Below, piece after piece: positions 9,407 through 20,914 of a stretch of DNA of 64,000 bases. The stretch is from NCBI GenBank assembly GCA_035627515.1, contig DASPLQ010000012.1, positions 391,269 to 455,268 of the forward strand, read 5' to 3'. Below the pieces are notes generated by a model. That model had not been told where the DNA came from. It saw only the letters and a list, made by a program, of their open reading frames with translations, and ran no database searches. Source of the stretch: Vitreimonas sp. Its GTDB lineage: Bacteria > Patescibacteriota > Microgenomatia > UBA1400 > PJMF01. Each line of letters begins with the position of its first letter. The first letter of the stretch is position 1. A program made the translations under genes and the position numbers.

Positions 9407-10648
9407 ATGAGTACTATTGATCATTTAATTCACAAAGTTCATTTTGGTAGTGATAACGAAAGCCGCAGCGCAGCTCAAGAAATTCGCCAGCTCGCTGAAG
9501 CTCAAGGGGCTCGACCAGCTTCCATTCATGAACTTTATTTAGCCCGCGGCCGGGGTGAAATTCCATCTATTTTTACAGTGCCGGCTATGAATTTGCGCGG
9601 CTTATCGTATCTTACCGCTCAGGCAGCCTTCATCGCTGCCGAGCATACCAACACCGGACTCCTGATCTTTGAACTCGCCCGCTCAGAAATGAAGTACACG
9701 GCCCAGCCACCACATGTTTTTGCGAGTTCGATTTTGGCAGCGGCAGTCAAAACAGGTTGGCAGTTACCCGTCTTTATTCAAGGCGATCACGTTCAACCCA
9801 AGGCTGCTGCCCCAGGTCAAATCAAAGAGGGTGAACAAGCTGCTCTAGAAAATTTAATTAGAGAAGAAATTGCCGCTGGGTTTTATAACATTGATTTGGA
9901 TGGTTCCACGTTGGTTGATTCAAGCCAAACCTCACATTACGACCAGCAACGCCCCAACTACACCTATACTGCCAACATGGCTAAATTAGTCAGGTCACTG
10001 CAACCAAGTGGCGTGATAATTTCGCTCGGATGTGAGATTGCTGAAGTCGGCACTCACCTTTCCTCAGCTGAACAATTTGAAGGCTTTATGACTGGCTTTA
10101 CTGAATTGTTTGGTATCACCGATGGGCTCGCCAAAGTGGCCATTCAAACAGGCACCAGCCACGGTGGCTCAGTTAATCCGGATGGGACACCCGGACCGAT
10201 GAAAGTGGATTTTGAGACCATTAGAACCCTATCGCGCATGGCTCGCGAACGCTATGGTATGGCTGGTGGTGTGCAGCATGGGGCGAGCACATTGTCCGAT
10301 GAAATGTTTGCCAAGTTTCCTCAACATGAAGCTGCCGAAATTCATCTCTCTACCGGTTTTCAAAATGCAATTATGGATCATCCAGCCTTCCCAGCTGAGT
10401 TAAAACAACAAATGTATCGTTGGTGTGACGAGCACTGCGCTGATGAGCGTAAACCTGAGTGGACTGACGCTCAGTTTTACATCAAAACGCGTAAAAAAGC
10501 CTGGCAACCTTTTAAAGAAGCTACCTGGAATTTACCAGAAGCGACGTTGAGTGCTTTTCAGCAATCACTCATTGAAGAGTGTGCTCACTACTATCACCAG
10601 CTTAACGTCATCAATAGTCAGAAAACTGTCAGTCATTACTTGAGATAG
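9407..10648 (+). CDS. class II aldolase family protein, probably fructose/tagatose-bisphosphate aldolase
   Basis: IQGDHV and HGGS/GGVQHGAS motifs sit in positions analogous to the class II FBA metal ligands. It is adjacent to pgk. The assignment is tentative. Confidence 0.5.
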   Translation: MSTIDHLIHKVHFGSDNESRSAAQEIRQLAEAQGARPASIHELYLARGRGEIPSIFTVPAMNLRGLSYLTAQAAFIAAEHTNTGLLIFELARSEMKYTAQPPHVFASSILAAAVKTGWQLPVFIQGDHVQPKAAAPGQIKEGEQAALENLIREEIAAGFYNIDLDGSTLVDSSQTSHYDQQRPNYTYTANMAKLVRSLQPSGVIISLGCEIAEVGTHLSSAEQFEGFMTGFTELFGITDGLAKVAIQTGTSHGGSVNPDGTPGPMKVDFETIRTLSRMARERYGMAGGVQHGASTLSDEMFAKFPQHEAAEIHLSTGFQNAIMDHPAFPAELKQQMYRWCDEHCADERKPEWTDAQFYIKTRKKAWQPFKEATWNLPEATLSAFQQSLIEECAHYYHQLNVINSQKTVSHYLR

Positions 10649-10666
10649 AGCTGTTACAATAGGCCA

Positions 10667-11011
10667 ATGCATAAGCCTAAGTTACAGCAAGACCTGTCAG
10701 CCTGCCCTGTGGCCAAAGCTGCTCAACTGATTGGTGATATTTGGGTGATTTTAATCGTCAAAGAGTTACTAAATGGTCCTCGCCGCTTCAGTCAACTCGA
10801 ATCTGCCATCAACGGCACCGAACCCATTGGTGATATCAGCACTCGCACACTCTCTCAGCGCTTAAAAATGTTGGAAGAAATTGGCATTTTGAGTCGCATA
10901 ACCTACAAGGTCACTCCACCCCATTCTGAGTACTCACTGACGGACAAAGGCCAAGCGCTCTCTCCTGTCATCGATTCTATTCGGCAGTATGGACAAATGT
11001 TTTTAAGTTAA
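10667..11011 (+). CDS. HxlR-family winged-helix transcriptional regulator
   Basis: CPVAKAAQLIGDIWVILIVKELLNGPRRFSQLESAI...STRTLSQRLKMLEEIGIL is a typical HxlR/MarR-like wHTH. Length 114 aa. Confidence 0.7.
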   Translation: MHKPKLQQDLSACPVAKAAQLIGDIWVILIVKELLNGPRRFSQLESAINGTEPIGDISTRTLSQRLKMLEEIGILSRITYKVTPPHSEYSLTDKGQALSPVIDSIRQYGQMFLS

Positions 11012-11016
11012 TTTAC

Positions 11017-11445
11017 GTGCTCAATATGGCAAACCATTCACCTACCACTTACAAGTACATTGTTGTGCAAAAAGATCGGCCTTTTTCTGCCGCTCGCGGC
11101 TTGGCTTTACTCATTTCGGGACTGAGCATTTATGGTATGGTCATTCCCATTGCCTTTCTCGATCTATGCTTGTATTTTTATCAAGAAATTTACTTTACTT
11201 TAAACGGAATTCCCAAAATTCCTCGGAGCCGCTATGTGGTTATTCAACGTCATCGCTTAGGAAAACTCACTTTGCGTCAAAAAATTGGTTGCGCTTACTG
11301 TGAGTATGGAAATGGTGTCTTTGCCTGGGCAAAAGCAGTAGGAAACCAGACAGAAATTTATTCATGCGCGATTAAATACTCACATGACTATCCGGGACAA
11401 GAGTACCAAAAACAGTTTTATGATTCTGAGGTATTTAAGAAGTAA
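11017..11445 (+). CDS. hypothetical membrane protein (142 aa)
   Basis: ORF with hydrophobic segments (LALLISGLSIYGMVIPIAFLDLCLYF). No family recognised. Confidence 0.45.
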   Translation: MLNMANHSPTTYKYIVVQKDRPFSAARGLALLISGLSIYGMVIPIAFLDLCLYFYQEIYFTLNGIPKIPRSRYVVIQRHRLGKLTLRQKIGCAYCEYGNGVFAWAKAVGNQTEIYSCAIKYSHDYPGQEYQKQFYDSEVFKK

Positions 11446-11476
11446 TCTCTTAATTTAAGTACAAAAAAAGCGCTCT

Positions 11477-11597
11477 GTACTGGCCTCGAGCTATCTTCAC
11501 ACCCAGTTGCCCAGGCATTATTGTCACCGCTGAGGCGTTTCAAGACTCTGTTCGGGAAGGGAAGAGTTGGTTCCACCTCGCTCCAGAGACCAGTACA
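11477..11597 (-). rRNA. rrf: 5S ribosomal RNA
   Basis: The minus-strand sequence is TGTACTGGTC...CCCGAACAGAGTCTTGAAACGCCTCAGCGGTGA...GGCCAGTACA. The terminal helix pairs the two ends, and a T-run follows. Confidence 0.7.
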
Positions 11598-11699
11598 AAA
11601 CGCTTTTAATTAAGTAACTAAATTATTAACTAACTCAATTACTTGAGAATTACTCCTCAAAAAGTGAAGAAAATAAGTCATGAGCCAAAAGACTGGCTA

Positions 11700-14668
<2,969 letters not shown>

Positions 14669-14894
14669 ATATTTGTTTGAAATATTTGTTGTTGGATGCT
14701 ACCTACTTTGACAAAAATCAAAATAGGAATACGTCAGCCAATTGCTTTTGGCTGACATGACAATTTTCTTCACTTTTTAAAGAGCAATGCTTGGATAAAA
14801 TCCAAGTTTCAAAACTCAAATTTCACATTTGAAGTCTGGAACTCGGTTTCTAACCTTGTGGACCAAGCTGAGCTTGGTGTCACCCCAGCTAAGC

Positions 14895-14972
14895 TGGTGG
14901 ACCCTAAGGGGCTCGAACCCTTGACCTCCTCATTGCAAATGAGGCGCTCTAAGCCAACTGAGCTAAGGGCCC
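14895..14972 (-). tRNA. tRNA-Ala (anticodon UGC) with encoded CCA
   Basis: The minus strand reads GGGCCCTTAGCTCAGTTGGTTAGAGCGCCTCATTTGCAATGAGGAGGTCAAGGGTTCGAGCCCCTTAGGGTCCACCA. It has cloverleaf arms and a TGC anticodon in a 7-nt loop. Confidence 0.85.
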
Positions 14973-15203
14973 GCAAAAACCCACGGTCCTAACGGTTTTA
15001 TCTTTACTTGTGAATCAACTATGAAAATTACGGAGGGATTCTTCTGCCTGTTGGCGGAGAGAATGTCTCGATACTGTTATTTGACGCGCTTGATACGCAT
15101 CAGTCCCGAACAGAAACTATATTTTAAAGCGCAAACTCTCAAATTGCAAGCCGCAATTAGCGATCAATTTAAAGAGAGAATGCTATGCAATTAAATTTAA
15201 AAT

Positions 15204-15617
15204 TTACTCTTCTCTTTTCACTCGTCGAAACACCACCGGAGCATGTAAAGCAAAAACTGGTCCACCAGTTAAAATCAAAGCAATTGCCCAAGCGTAGTCA
15301 CGTTTTCGCTGTTGGGCTTGATAATCAAAGTTCTTTTGTTCTTCTTCCCAGCGTTTGTACTCCGCTTGCCACAGCGCCAATGATTCTTTTTGTTCAGCAG
15401 TGACATCGCGACCTTTCTCAAACTGGGTGGTATCAAAATAAGGTTGGGGCGGCATCGAGTAGCGAGGTTCTTCAACTTTGAAAAAACTCGACAGTAACCA
15501 CGTGTTCACCAGTGAGGAAATACCGATCACTAGGCAAATTAAACCAATCAGGGTCGCCAACACAAAATAGAGTTGGTTCCAGAGAGAAAGTTTGGGAGCA
15601 GAAGTTTTAGTGGCCAT
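15204..15617 (-). CDS. hypothetical membrane protein (137 aa)
   Basis: ORF with TM segments (LYFVLATLIGLICLVIGISSL and AIALILTGGPVFAL). Confidence 0.5.
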   Translation of the reverse strand: MATKTSAPKLSLWNQLYFVLATLIGLICLVIGISSLVNTWLLSSFFKVEEPRYSMPPQPYFDTTQFEKGRDVTAEQKESLALWQAEYKRWEEEQKNFDYQAQQRKRDYAWAIALILTGGPVFALHAPVVFRRVKREE

Positions 15618-15680
15618 ATCCTCCCATTCTACACTAAAAGACTTGCTTAGTACCAGCTTAACAGAAATAGATTTTAAGGC

Positions 15681-16889
15681 CTAAAGATCTTCAACTTGAA
15701 TGCCGTACTCTTTGAGTAATTGCTCTTCTTCTGGTGTGAGTTGAGTAGAACCTGATGGTCGAGTACCAGCTGGCATCTTGGGAGCAGGCACATCATCTTC
15801 ATCGGTCATCATAGTGGGCATGGTGCCGCTTGCGCCCATAGCTCCACCAAAGATACCTGAGAAGGCTTCTTGGAAGTCTCGAGCATCACTAGGAGCTTGG
15901 AAGGTAACTGGTTCATTAAATTTATCCATGTCCAGGCTAAACATGGCTTTGAGAGTTTGTACTTCTTCCAAAGCTGCCATCGCCGTGGCATTGGAACTAG
16001 ACTCAGCTTCAGCATTAGCACTCGCCATCAGCTGTTTCACATTCACTTGCAGTGGCAACGTCATTCTTCGAGTGTAGAAACTACTGCGATCAATATATAA
16101 CGTCGATTTCAGCTCGTCGGTAGCAGCCAAGAAGTCATTCAGTTGTTGAGCTTGTTGTTGCATTTCTTCGGCTGGGGTTTTTTGAATTTCAGCCATTTTC
16201 TTGACGTAGGCTGCGACAGCGGCGTCAGGTAAAGTCACATCAACTACGAAAACGCTGTGCTGATTGAGGTTCTCTTTGCGGGCATCACTGACTGTGGCTG
16301 CTTTCATTAATTCTTCAGTAGCTACCTTAGCTTCGGCTTTTTGCTCATCAGTCATAGCTGGCGTCTCTGCATCAGCCATCTCACTGGGGTCTAACTTCAG
16401 CCATTGGCCTTGTAATTGGGTCAAGTCCATAAATGGCATCGCTGGCAACTCATTGAACTTCAGGTAACTTGTTTTACCATCAATCTTCATATCCACATTG
16501 CCGCGCATGGTAGTGCCTTGCATCGTGAACTCACCGGCTAAATTCAAATCTTGTTGGGTAGCGGCTGGATCATACACATCGCTGGTTTTGACAGGACCGG
16601 CAAACTTGATGTTGCCACCAAACATTTTTTGGTCAGTGCTGCTTAACACTTCGCCATCTAACTTCATGTCCATATGAAATGACGTCACGCCTTCCATAGC
16701 TGTGGCTGACTGCATCAACACTGTTTGACCATCTTTAGTGCCGGGCAACATTAAGTACAAGCGATCAAAGCGTTGTTTAACGCCCTGGCGAAAGTTAGCA
16801 AACATACCGCCCTCGGCTGCTTGCGCTGGCGTGGCCATTGTTAAAGCCACCAGACCAATCATGCTAAAAGTCAGTAAGGTTTTTTTCAT
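15681..16889 (-). CDS. secreted hypothetical protein (402 aa) with an N-terminal signal peptide
   Basis: MKKTLLTFSMIGLVALTMATPAQAAEG is a signal peptide. No family recognised. Confidence 0.55.
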   Translation of the reverse strand: MKKTLLTFSMIGLVALTMATPAQAAEGGMFANFRQGVKQRFDRLYLMLPGTKDGQTVLMQSATAMEGVTSFHMDMKLDGEVLSSTDQKMFGGNIKFAGPVKTSDVYDPAATQQDLNLAGEFTMQGTTMRGNVDMKIDGKTSYLKFNELPAMPFMDLTQLQGQWLKLDPSEMADAETPAMTDEQKAEAKVATEELMKAATVSDARKENLNQHSVFVVDVTLPDAAVAAYVKKMAEIQKTPAEEMQQQAQQLNDFLAATDELKSTLYIDRSSFYTRRMTLPLQVNVKQLMASANAEAESSSNATAMAALEEVQTLKAMFSLDMDKFNEPVTFQAPSDARDFQEAFSGIFGGAMGASGTMPTMMTDEDDVPAPKMPAGTRPSGSTQLTPEEEQLLKEYGIQVEDL

Positions 16890-16989
16890 ATGTCAGCTCC
16901 CGGTGTTTGATATAAAAGTTATTTCTTAGCCCGTATCATACTCTACGACTAGAGAATCTAAAATAAGAAATTAGTAAGATCGGTGGAGC

Positions 16990-17292
16990 CTACTCGATTT
17001 TACCCACAAACAAGGTTTCACCACTATATTGACCAGTGATGGTAACTGTTTGTCCCACGTACTGTGATAAATCGACGCCATAACTATCGATATCCTCAGG
17101 TTGTTGGCCTGTAGCTTGAATAAAGTACTGCGTGCCAACTTGGGTAATTTTGCCGGTAATAATGGTGTCACCACTTTTTTGGGCGGCTTCACTGGGGACA
17201 GTAGGCGATGTGCTGTCGCTCTTGGTGCCAGTACACGCTGAGAAAACTAAACTGCTCATTACCATCAGTCCCAGCACAAAAGATTTTTTCAT
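16990..17292 (-). CDS. small lipoprotein (100 aa)
   Basis: MKKSFVLGLMVMSSLVFSAC has a signal peptide and a lipobox-like FSAC. Confidence 0.5.
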   Translation of the reverse strand: MKKSFVLGLMVMSSLVFSACTGTKSDSTSPTVPSEAAQKSGDTIITGKITQVGTQYFIQATGQQPEDIDSYGVDLSQYVGQTVTITGQYSGETLFVGKIE

Positions 17293-17323
17293 ACTTTATC
17301 CTAACGCAGATGCCCAGCCTACC

Positions 17324-17758
17324 TCAAGCCTTGGTTTGTTGTTGGAGCAGTTGGGTGGTAGAAACTGCGGGATTATGGTCATGAACCACCACTACCTGTC
17401 CCCCATACTTGGCTAACAAAGCTTGCTTCTTATCTAGGTGAGCAGTGTGGGAAGACACTGCTAAAAAATCAGGGTGATACTGCGCGATCAAGGCTTCATG
17501 GTGTTCTGGTTTATCAAAAGCTTCAGGCAATATAAAAACCTCATCTGCTAAGCCTAAATTTTCCAAATTTGTTTTTCTGATCGCGGCAGTGTTAATTGGC
17601 CGGCCTGGACCTTTGATAGCGGCCACGCGAACATCAGATTCAATGCCCACTACTAATTCATCACCCAACGCTTTCGCCTTCTGCAAAAATTCCACATGCT
17701 CATGGTGCAAAATATCAAACACACCGGTCACTAATACGGTTTTTTTAGCTTCAGACAT
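17324..17758 (-). CDS. cytidylyltransferase-like nucleotidyltransferase (HldE domain II / RfaE / TagD-like)
   Basis: KTVLVTGVFDILHHEHVEFLQKAKALGDELVVGIESD matches the G-x-FD-x-x-H-x-G-H and sD signature of the cytidylyltransferase superfamily. The start is taken at MSEAKK, 8 nt into the upstream gene. Confidence 0.6.
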   Translation of the reverse strand: MSEAKKTVLVTGVFDILHHEHVEFLQKAKALGDELVVGIESDVRVAAIKGPGRPINTAAIRKTNLENLGLADEVFILPEAFDKPEHHEALIAQYHPDFLAVSSHTAHLDKKQALLAKYGGQVVVVHDHNPAVSTTQLLQQQTKA

Positions 17759-18638
17759 GAGATTTCCTTTTCGATCGAGTATTTTGCGTTTGGGTCCACC
17801 GCTCTTCAATTAACCGCCGTGTATCACGCGGATGAAAAAAAGCTTCACCTTTTCCTACCTGCTCACGAGTCATGTGTGATTTCATGTACCAATGTTGAAA
17901 TTGGAATGCTGCGGTTTCTAACCAATCAATTAAAATATTGCCGCTGGTGGTTGAGGCCTTAACTTTTTCGTCAATTCGCAGCTCAGCATTAGGCAACCAA
18001 GTTGCCACCCATCTATTGATAGTGTGAAACTGAGTGGCAATGTTTTTTTTATCCAATACAAATTTGGCTTGGGTTACTTCGTAGGCCGTGTAGAGATTCT
18101 GCCGCGCGCGAGGCATCGCCAAATGATCCTCATCTAACCACAAATTAAAACACCAACTATCTTGTTCTTCCCCATGCCAAGTGCGGCGCTTGCCATACAA
18201 AACAGCAATCAGCGTCACGAGCAGCCTGGTTAACCACAACCGCCGAGGCTGCGTGATCATCATAAAGTCCACATCATCTTTCCCTACCGCGTTATTCATC
18301 GCCAGCGAACCCGTCACCGCCACTGCTGATAACCATGGAATGTACCTCGCCCAACGCAGAAAAGTTGTGACTTCCTTCCACTTCGGCTGGGACCACTTCT
18401 CCCGCTGCTGCCGAATCACAAAAAACGTTTCACCATTTTTAAGTGCATACGATTTGGTCGCTTTATGAAAAACAACGTTCTTACTCTCAATTAACTTTGC
18501 CAAAGCTGCTTTAAACTCAGCTTTTGTATATTTCTCTCCACTACCAATCAACCGCTGCCACAACTCAGTCTCGGTCAACGGATACTGAAATTGATGGGTA
18601 TAGGCCAAAGTCTGGACAATTGCGTCACGAATCGTCAT
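17751..18638 (-). CDS. nucleotidyltransferase-domain protein (minimal NTase fold), function unknown
   Basis: TGSLAMNNAVGKDDVDFMMI fits the GS-x(9-13)-D-x-D NTase motif. The rest is unassigned. Confidence 0.45.
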   Translation of the reverse strand: MTIRDAIVQTLAYTHQFQYPLTETELWQRLIGSGEKYTKAEFKAALAKLIESKNVVFHKATKSYALKNGETFFVIRQQREKWSQPKWKEVTTFLRWARYIPWLSAVAVTGSLAMNNAVGKDDVDFMMITQPRRLWLTRLLVTLIAVLYGKRRTWHGEEQDSWCFNLWLDEDHLAMPRARQNLYTAYEVTQAKFVLDKKNIATQFHTINRWVATWLPNAELRIDEKVKASTTSGNILIDWLETAAFQFQHWYMKSHMTREQVGKGEAFFHPRDTRRLIEERWTQTQNTRSKRKSHV

Positions 18639-18670
18639 CGGCTCTATTGTAATAAGTTTTAGCCAAAGGG

Positions 18671-19858
18671 CTAGCGAGAATTAAAAACTCGATCGATTTG
18701 GAAGTAGAGTTGCCGTTGACCCTCTAAATCAATATTCTGGGCACCTGTAAACACAATTCTGTGTCCTCTTCCTACGTAAATGGTGTGTTGTGAATCTAAT
18801 CGGTCAAGATAAGGCCCTTCATGAAAAGCAACCGCACTAGCGAATGGGGTATCTAAATACAAAGTAACTCTTACTGCTCGTTGACTAAGACCTTTATTGA
18901 ATGATTCCAAAACATATGTCACCTGAGGAAAATGGGCCGAATGATACTCAAACGTCCGAGTTACTACTAGATCTTCCGGCAAAATATCTTTCAGTAATTG
19001 ACCATCTAAGCTCATGTCAGCAATGCCTAACTCAGTTAAAGTGAATCTTTGCTGTGTTGAAGGTTCACTAGCTACCAGATCCAACTTTCCCAGCTGCCAA
19101 TTGCCCCCATCTAAAAGTGCTTGCCACAATACCGCGGCTCGGTCTTCATTTTCTACCGGGACTCCACCAACATCGAGAGGCGGCTCACCTGACTCAGCAT
19201 CTAACGTACCCCACCGATAATAAATTGCATAATACGGGAAGTCATCGTCATCAGATTGCTGACCCTTTTTGACTATCTCTGTTATGATCTGAAAATGAGT
19301 GTAGTTTTCCTCAATATATTTTCTAAACTCTGTGGAATGTTGAATAACATTCACAAAGTTAATAATTTCAATTGACAACTCCCGGCTGTCTCTCAAAATA
19401 GAAACCGCCACAAACAACTTGGGTAATAGTTCAACTAGCTGGGGAATAGTAATATTCCCCTCGCACCAATTTTCACTTAAGGTCTGCAAAATAGCTTCAA
19501 GTTGGCGCTGGGTGCTTTCAGAATCAAAAGATGGAAAGGAGTCTAATCGCTTTCGAAGCGCGATATATTCAACTGGATAACGAGACGTTTCTGAGTGCGT
19601 AACGGGAAGTGAATGATTATCTCGTCCTTCACCAACCACTCGTGCTCCAGCGGTTATAAAGGTTGTGAAGGCTAAAATTGCCGTCAAAAATCTCAATGAG
19701 CGATGAGTTCTTTTTCTCTGGGATAAAATTTGATGCTTTTCAATAGCTTCATGCCGCAATTTAAGCTTGGCAAGCGCTTGACTTAGAAATTCTGAGTCAC
19801 CTAAGCGACTATTATGCAACCTAGTTGCAACCACCACATTACTTTCAAGATTTTTCAT
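18671..19858 (-). CDS. hypothetical membrane-anchored protein (395 aa)
   Basis: ORF with a single TM near residue 60 (FLTAILAFTTFITAGARVVG). Confidence 0.45.
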   Translation of the reverse strand: MKNLESNVVVATRLHNSRLGDSEFLSQALAKLKLRHEAIEKHQILSQRKRTHRSLRFLTAILAFTTFITAGARVVGEGRDNHSLPVTHSETSRYPVEYIALRKRLDSFPSFDSESTQRQLEAILQTLSENWCEGNITIPQLVELLPKLFVAVSILRDSRELSIEIINFVNVIQHSTEFRKYIEENYTHFQIITEIVKKGQQSDDDDFPYYAIYYRWGTLDAESGEPPLDVGGVPVENEDRAAVLWQALLDGGNWQLGKLDLVASEPSTQQRFTLTELGIADMSLDGQLLKDILPEDLVVTRTFEYHSAHFPQVTYVLESFNKGLSQRAVRVTLYLDTPFASAVAFHEGPYLDRLDSQHTIYVGRGHRIVFTGAQNIDLEGQRQLYFQIDRVFNSR

Positions 19859-19924
19859 AGATGGGGTGTATTATAACTCCGCGTGTAAACAGGGCTTTGG
19901 GGAAATCAATTTTAGAAAGACCTC

Positions 19925-20908
19925 TCAGTTCCCAAAAAAGCGTTGTGAAATGTGGTCAACACCACCGGGGCTGCTTTGAAATTGCAACTGTGCAGACGTC
20001 CAGTGATGATCAGCAAATAGCTGCTCAATTGTCTCCCAGTCATAGCGTCCAAACACACGTAAATCAATGGCTTCACCAAAATTAGGTAAGCCTGATGAGG
20101 GAATACTAATAGAGTTCTCAGAGTTTTCACTCTCATTATTAGCCTCTAGGTTCTGCGCGTCAGCTTCAGCAGTTTCACTCACAGGGCGAGTAATCGCATC
20201 TTTCATAAACTGACTCCGCGAACTCACTCCCCACGACAAAATCATTTCATAACCTTGTCCGTCTTTTTCACCATTAAAAACAAAGCGGAAATTAATATAC
20301 CGTTCAGGATGTGCTTTAATAAATTGTTTGATTTGAGGTGAGGCTTCCAAAAACTTAAAAATATTAAAAAGATCATTAATAAATTGCTGGTTTCCCTCAG
20401 CAAACTGTGCCTGTTCAGGAAATTTTTCTATTAACGATATAAACTCATCTGGCGAGTGAGTACGACCATAGTCTTGAATAGCTTGAAATAACTCAGGATA
20501 TTTTTCTTTATTTCTAATCAGAAATCTGAAAATGATTAAATCGGCTTCGTTATCCCATTGCCCTGGATTGTAGTACACCTGTTCAGCATCACCACCTCGC
20601 TGCACTATCACATCTTCATGGTGACGAGTAGCAATAGTGGTCACCGCTACCGCCCCCAACATAACTCTCAAGACATTGCGCACAAAGCGGTGTTTAATAG
20701 GAAAGCTTTTTAAGCCATTTTCCAAAAAATCAAGCAGAGTGGTAAACTCGGCTTTGGCCTGATCTTGTTCTGGAGAAAAAGTGTTTGAGACTGAGTCCAT
20801 TCCAGCTAATCGGGCTTGCAATGCTTTGGCCTTTTCAGCAATATACTCTGGGTCACTTAATTGACTGAGGTGTGGCTCAGCTGGGGCAACTTGGTCTTTG
20901 TTAACCAT
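19925..20908 (-). CDS. hypothetical protein (327 aa)
   Basis: Long ORF with no family recognised. Confidence 0.45.
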   Translation of the reverse strand: MVNKDQVAPAEPHLSQLSDPEYIAEKAKALQARLAGMDSVSNTFSPEQDQAKAEFTTLLDFLENGLKSFPIKHRFVRNVLRVMLGAVAVTTIATRHHEDVIVQRGGDAEQVYYNPGQWDNEADLIIFRFLIRNKEKYPELFQAIQDYGRTHSPDEFISLIEKFPEQAQFAEGNQQFINDLFNIFKFLEASPQIKQFIKAHPERYINFRFVFNGEKDGQGYEMILSWGVSSRSQFMKDAITRPVSETAEADAQNLEANNESENSENSISIPSSGLPNFGEAIDLRVFGRYDWETIEQLFADHHWTSAQLQFQSSPGGVDHISQRFFGN

Positions 20909-20914
20909 ATCATC

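Noticed and set aside
14975-15203. Expected 16S rRNA or tRNA-Ile upstream of tRNA-Ala
   Set aside because: No 16S 3'-end signature (GATCACCTCCTT) and no cloverleaf was found. A protein gene starts about 230 bp away, so the rRNA unit is interpreted as unlinked.
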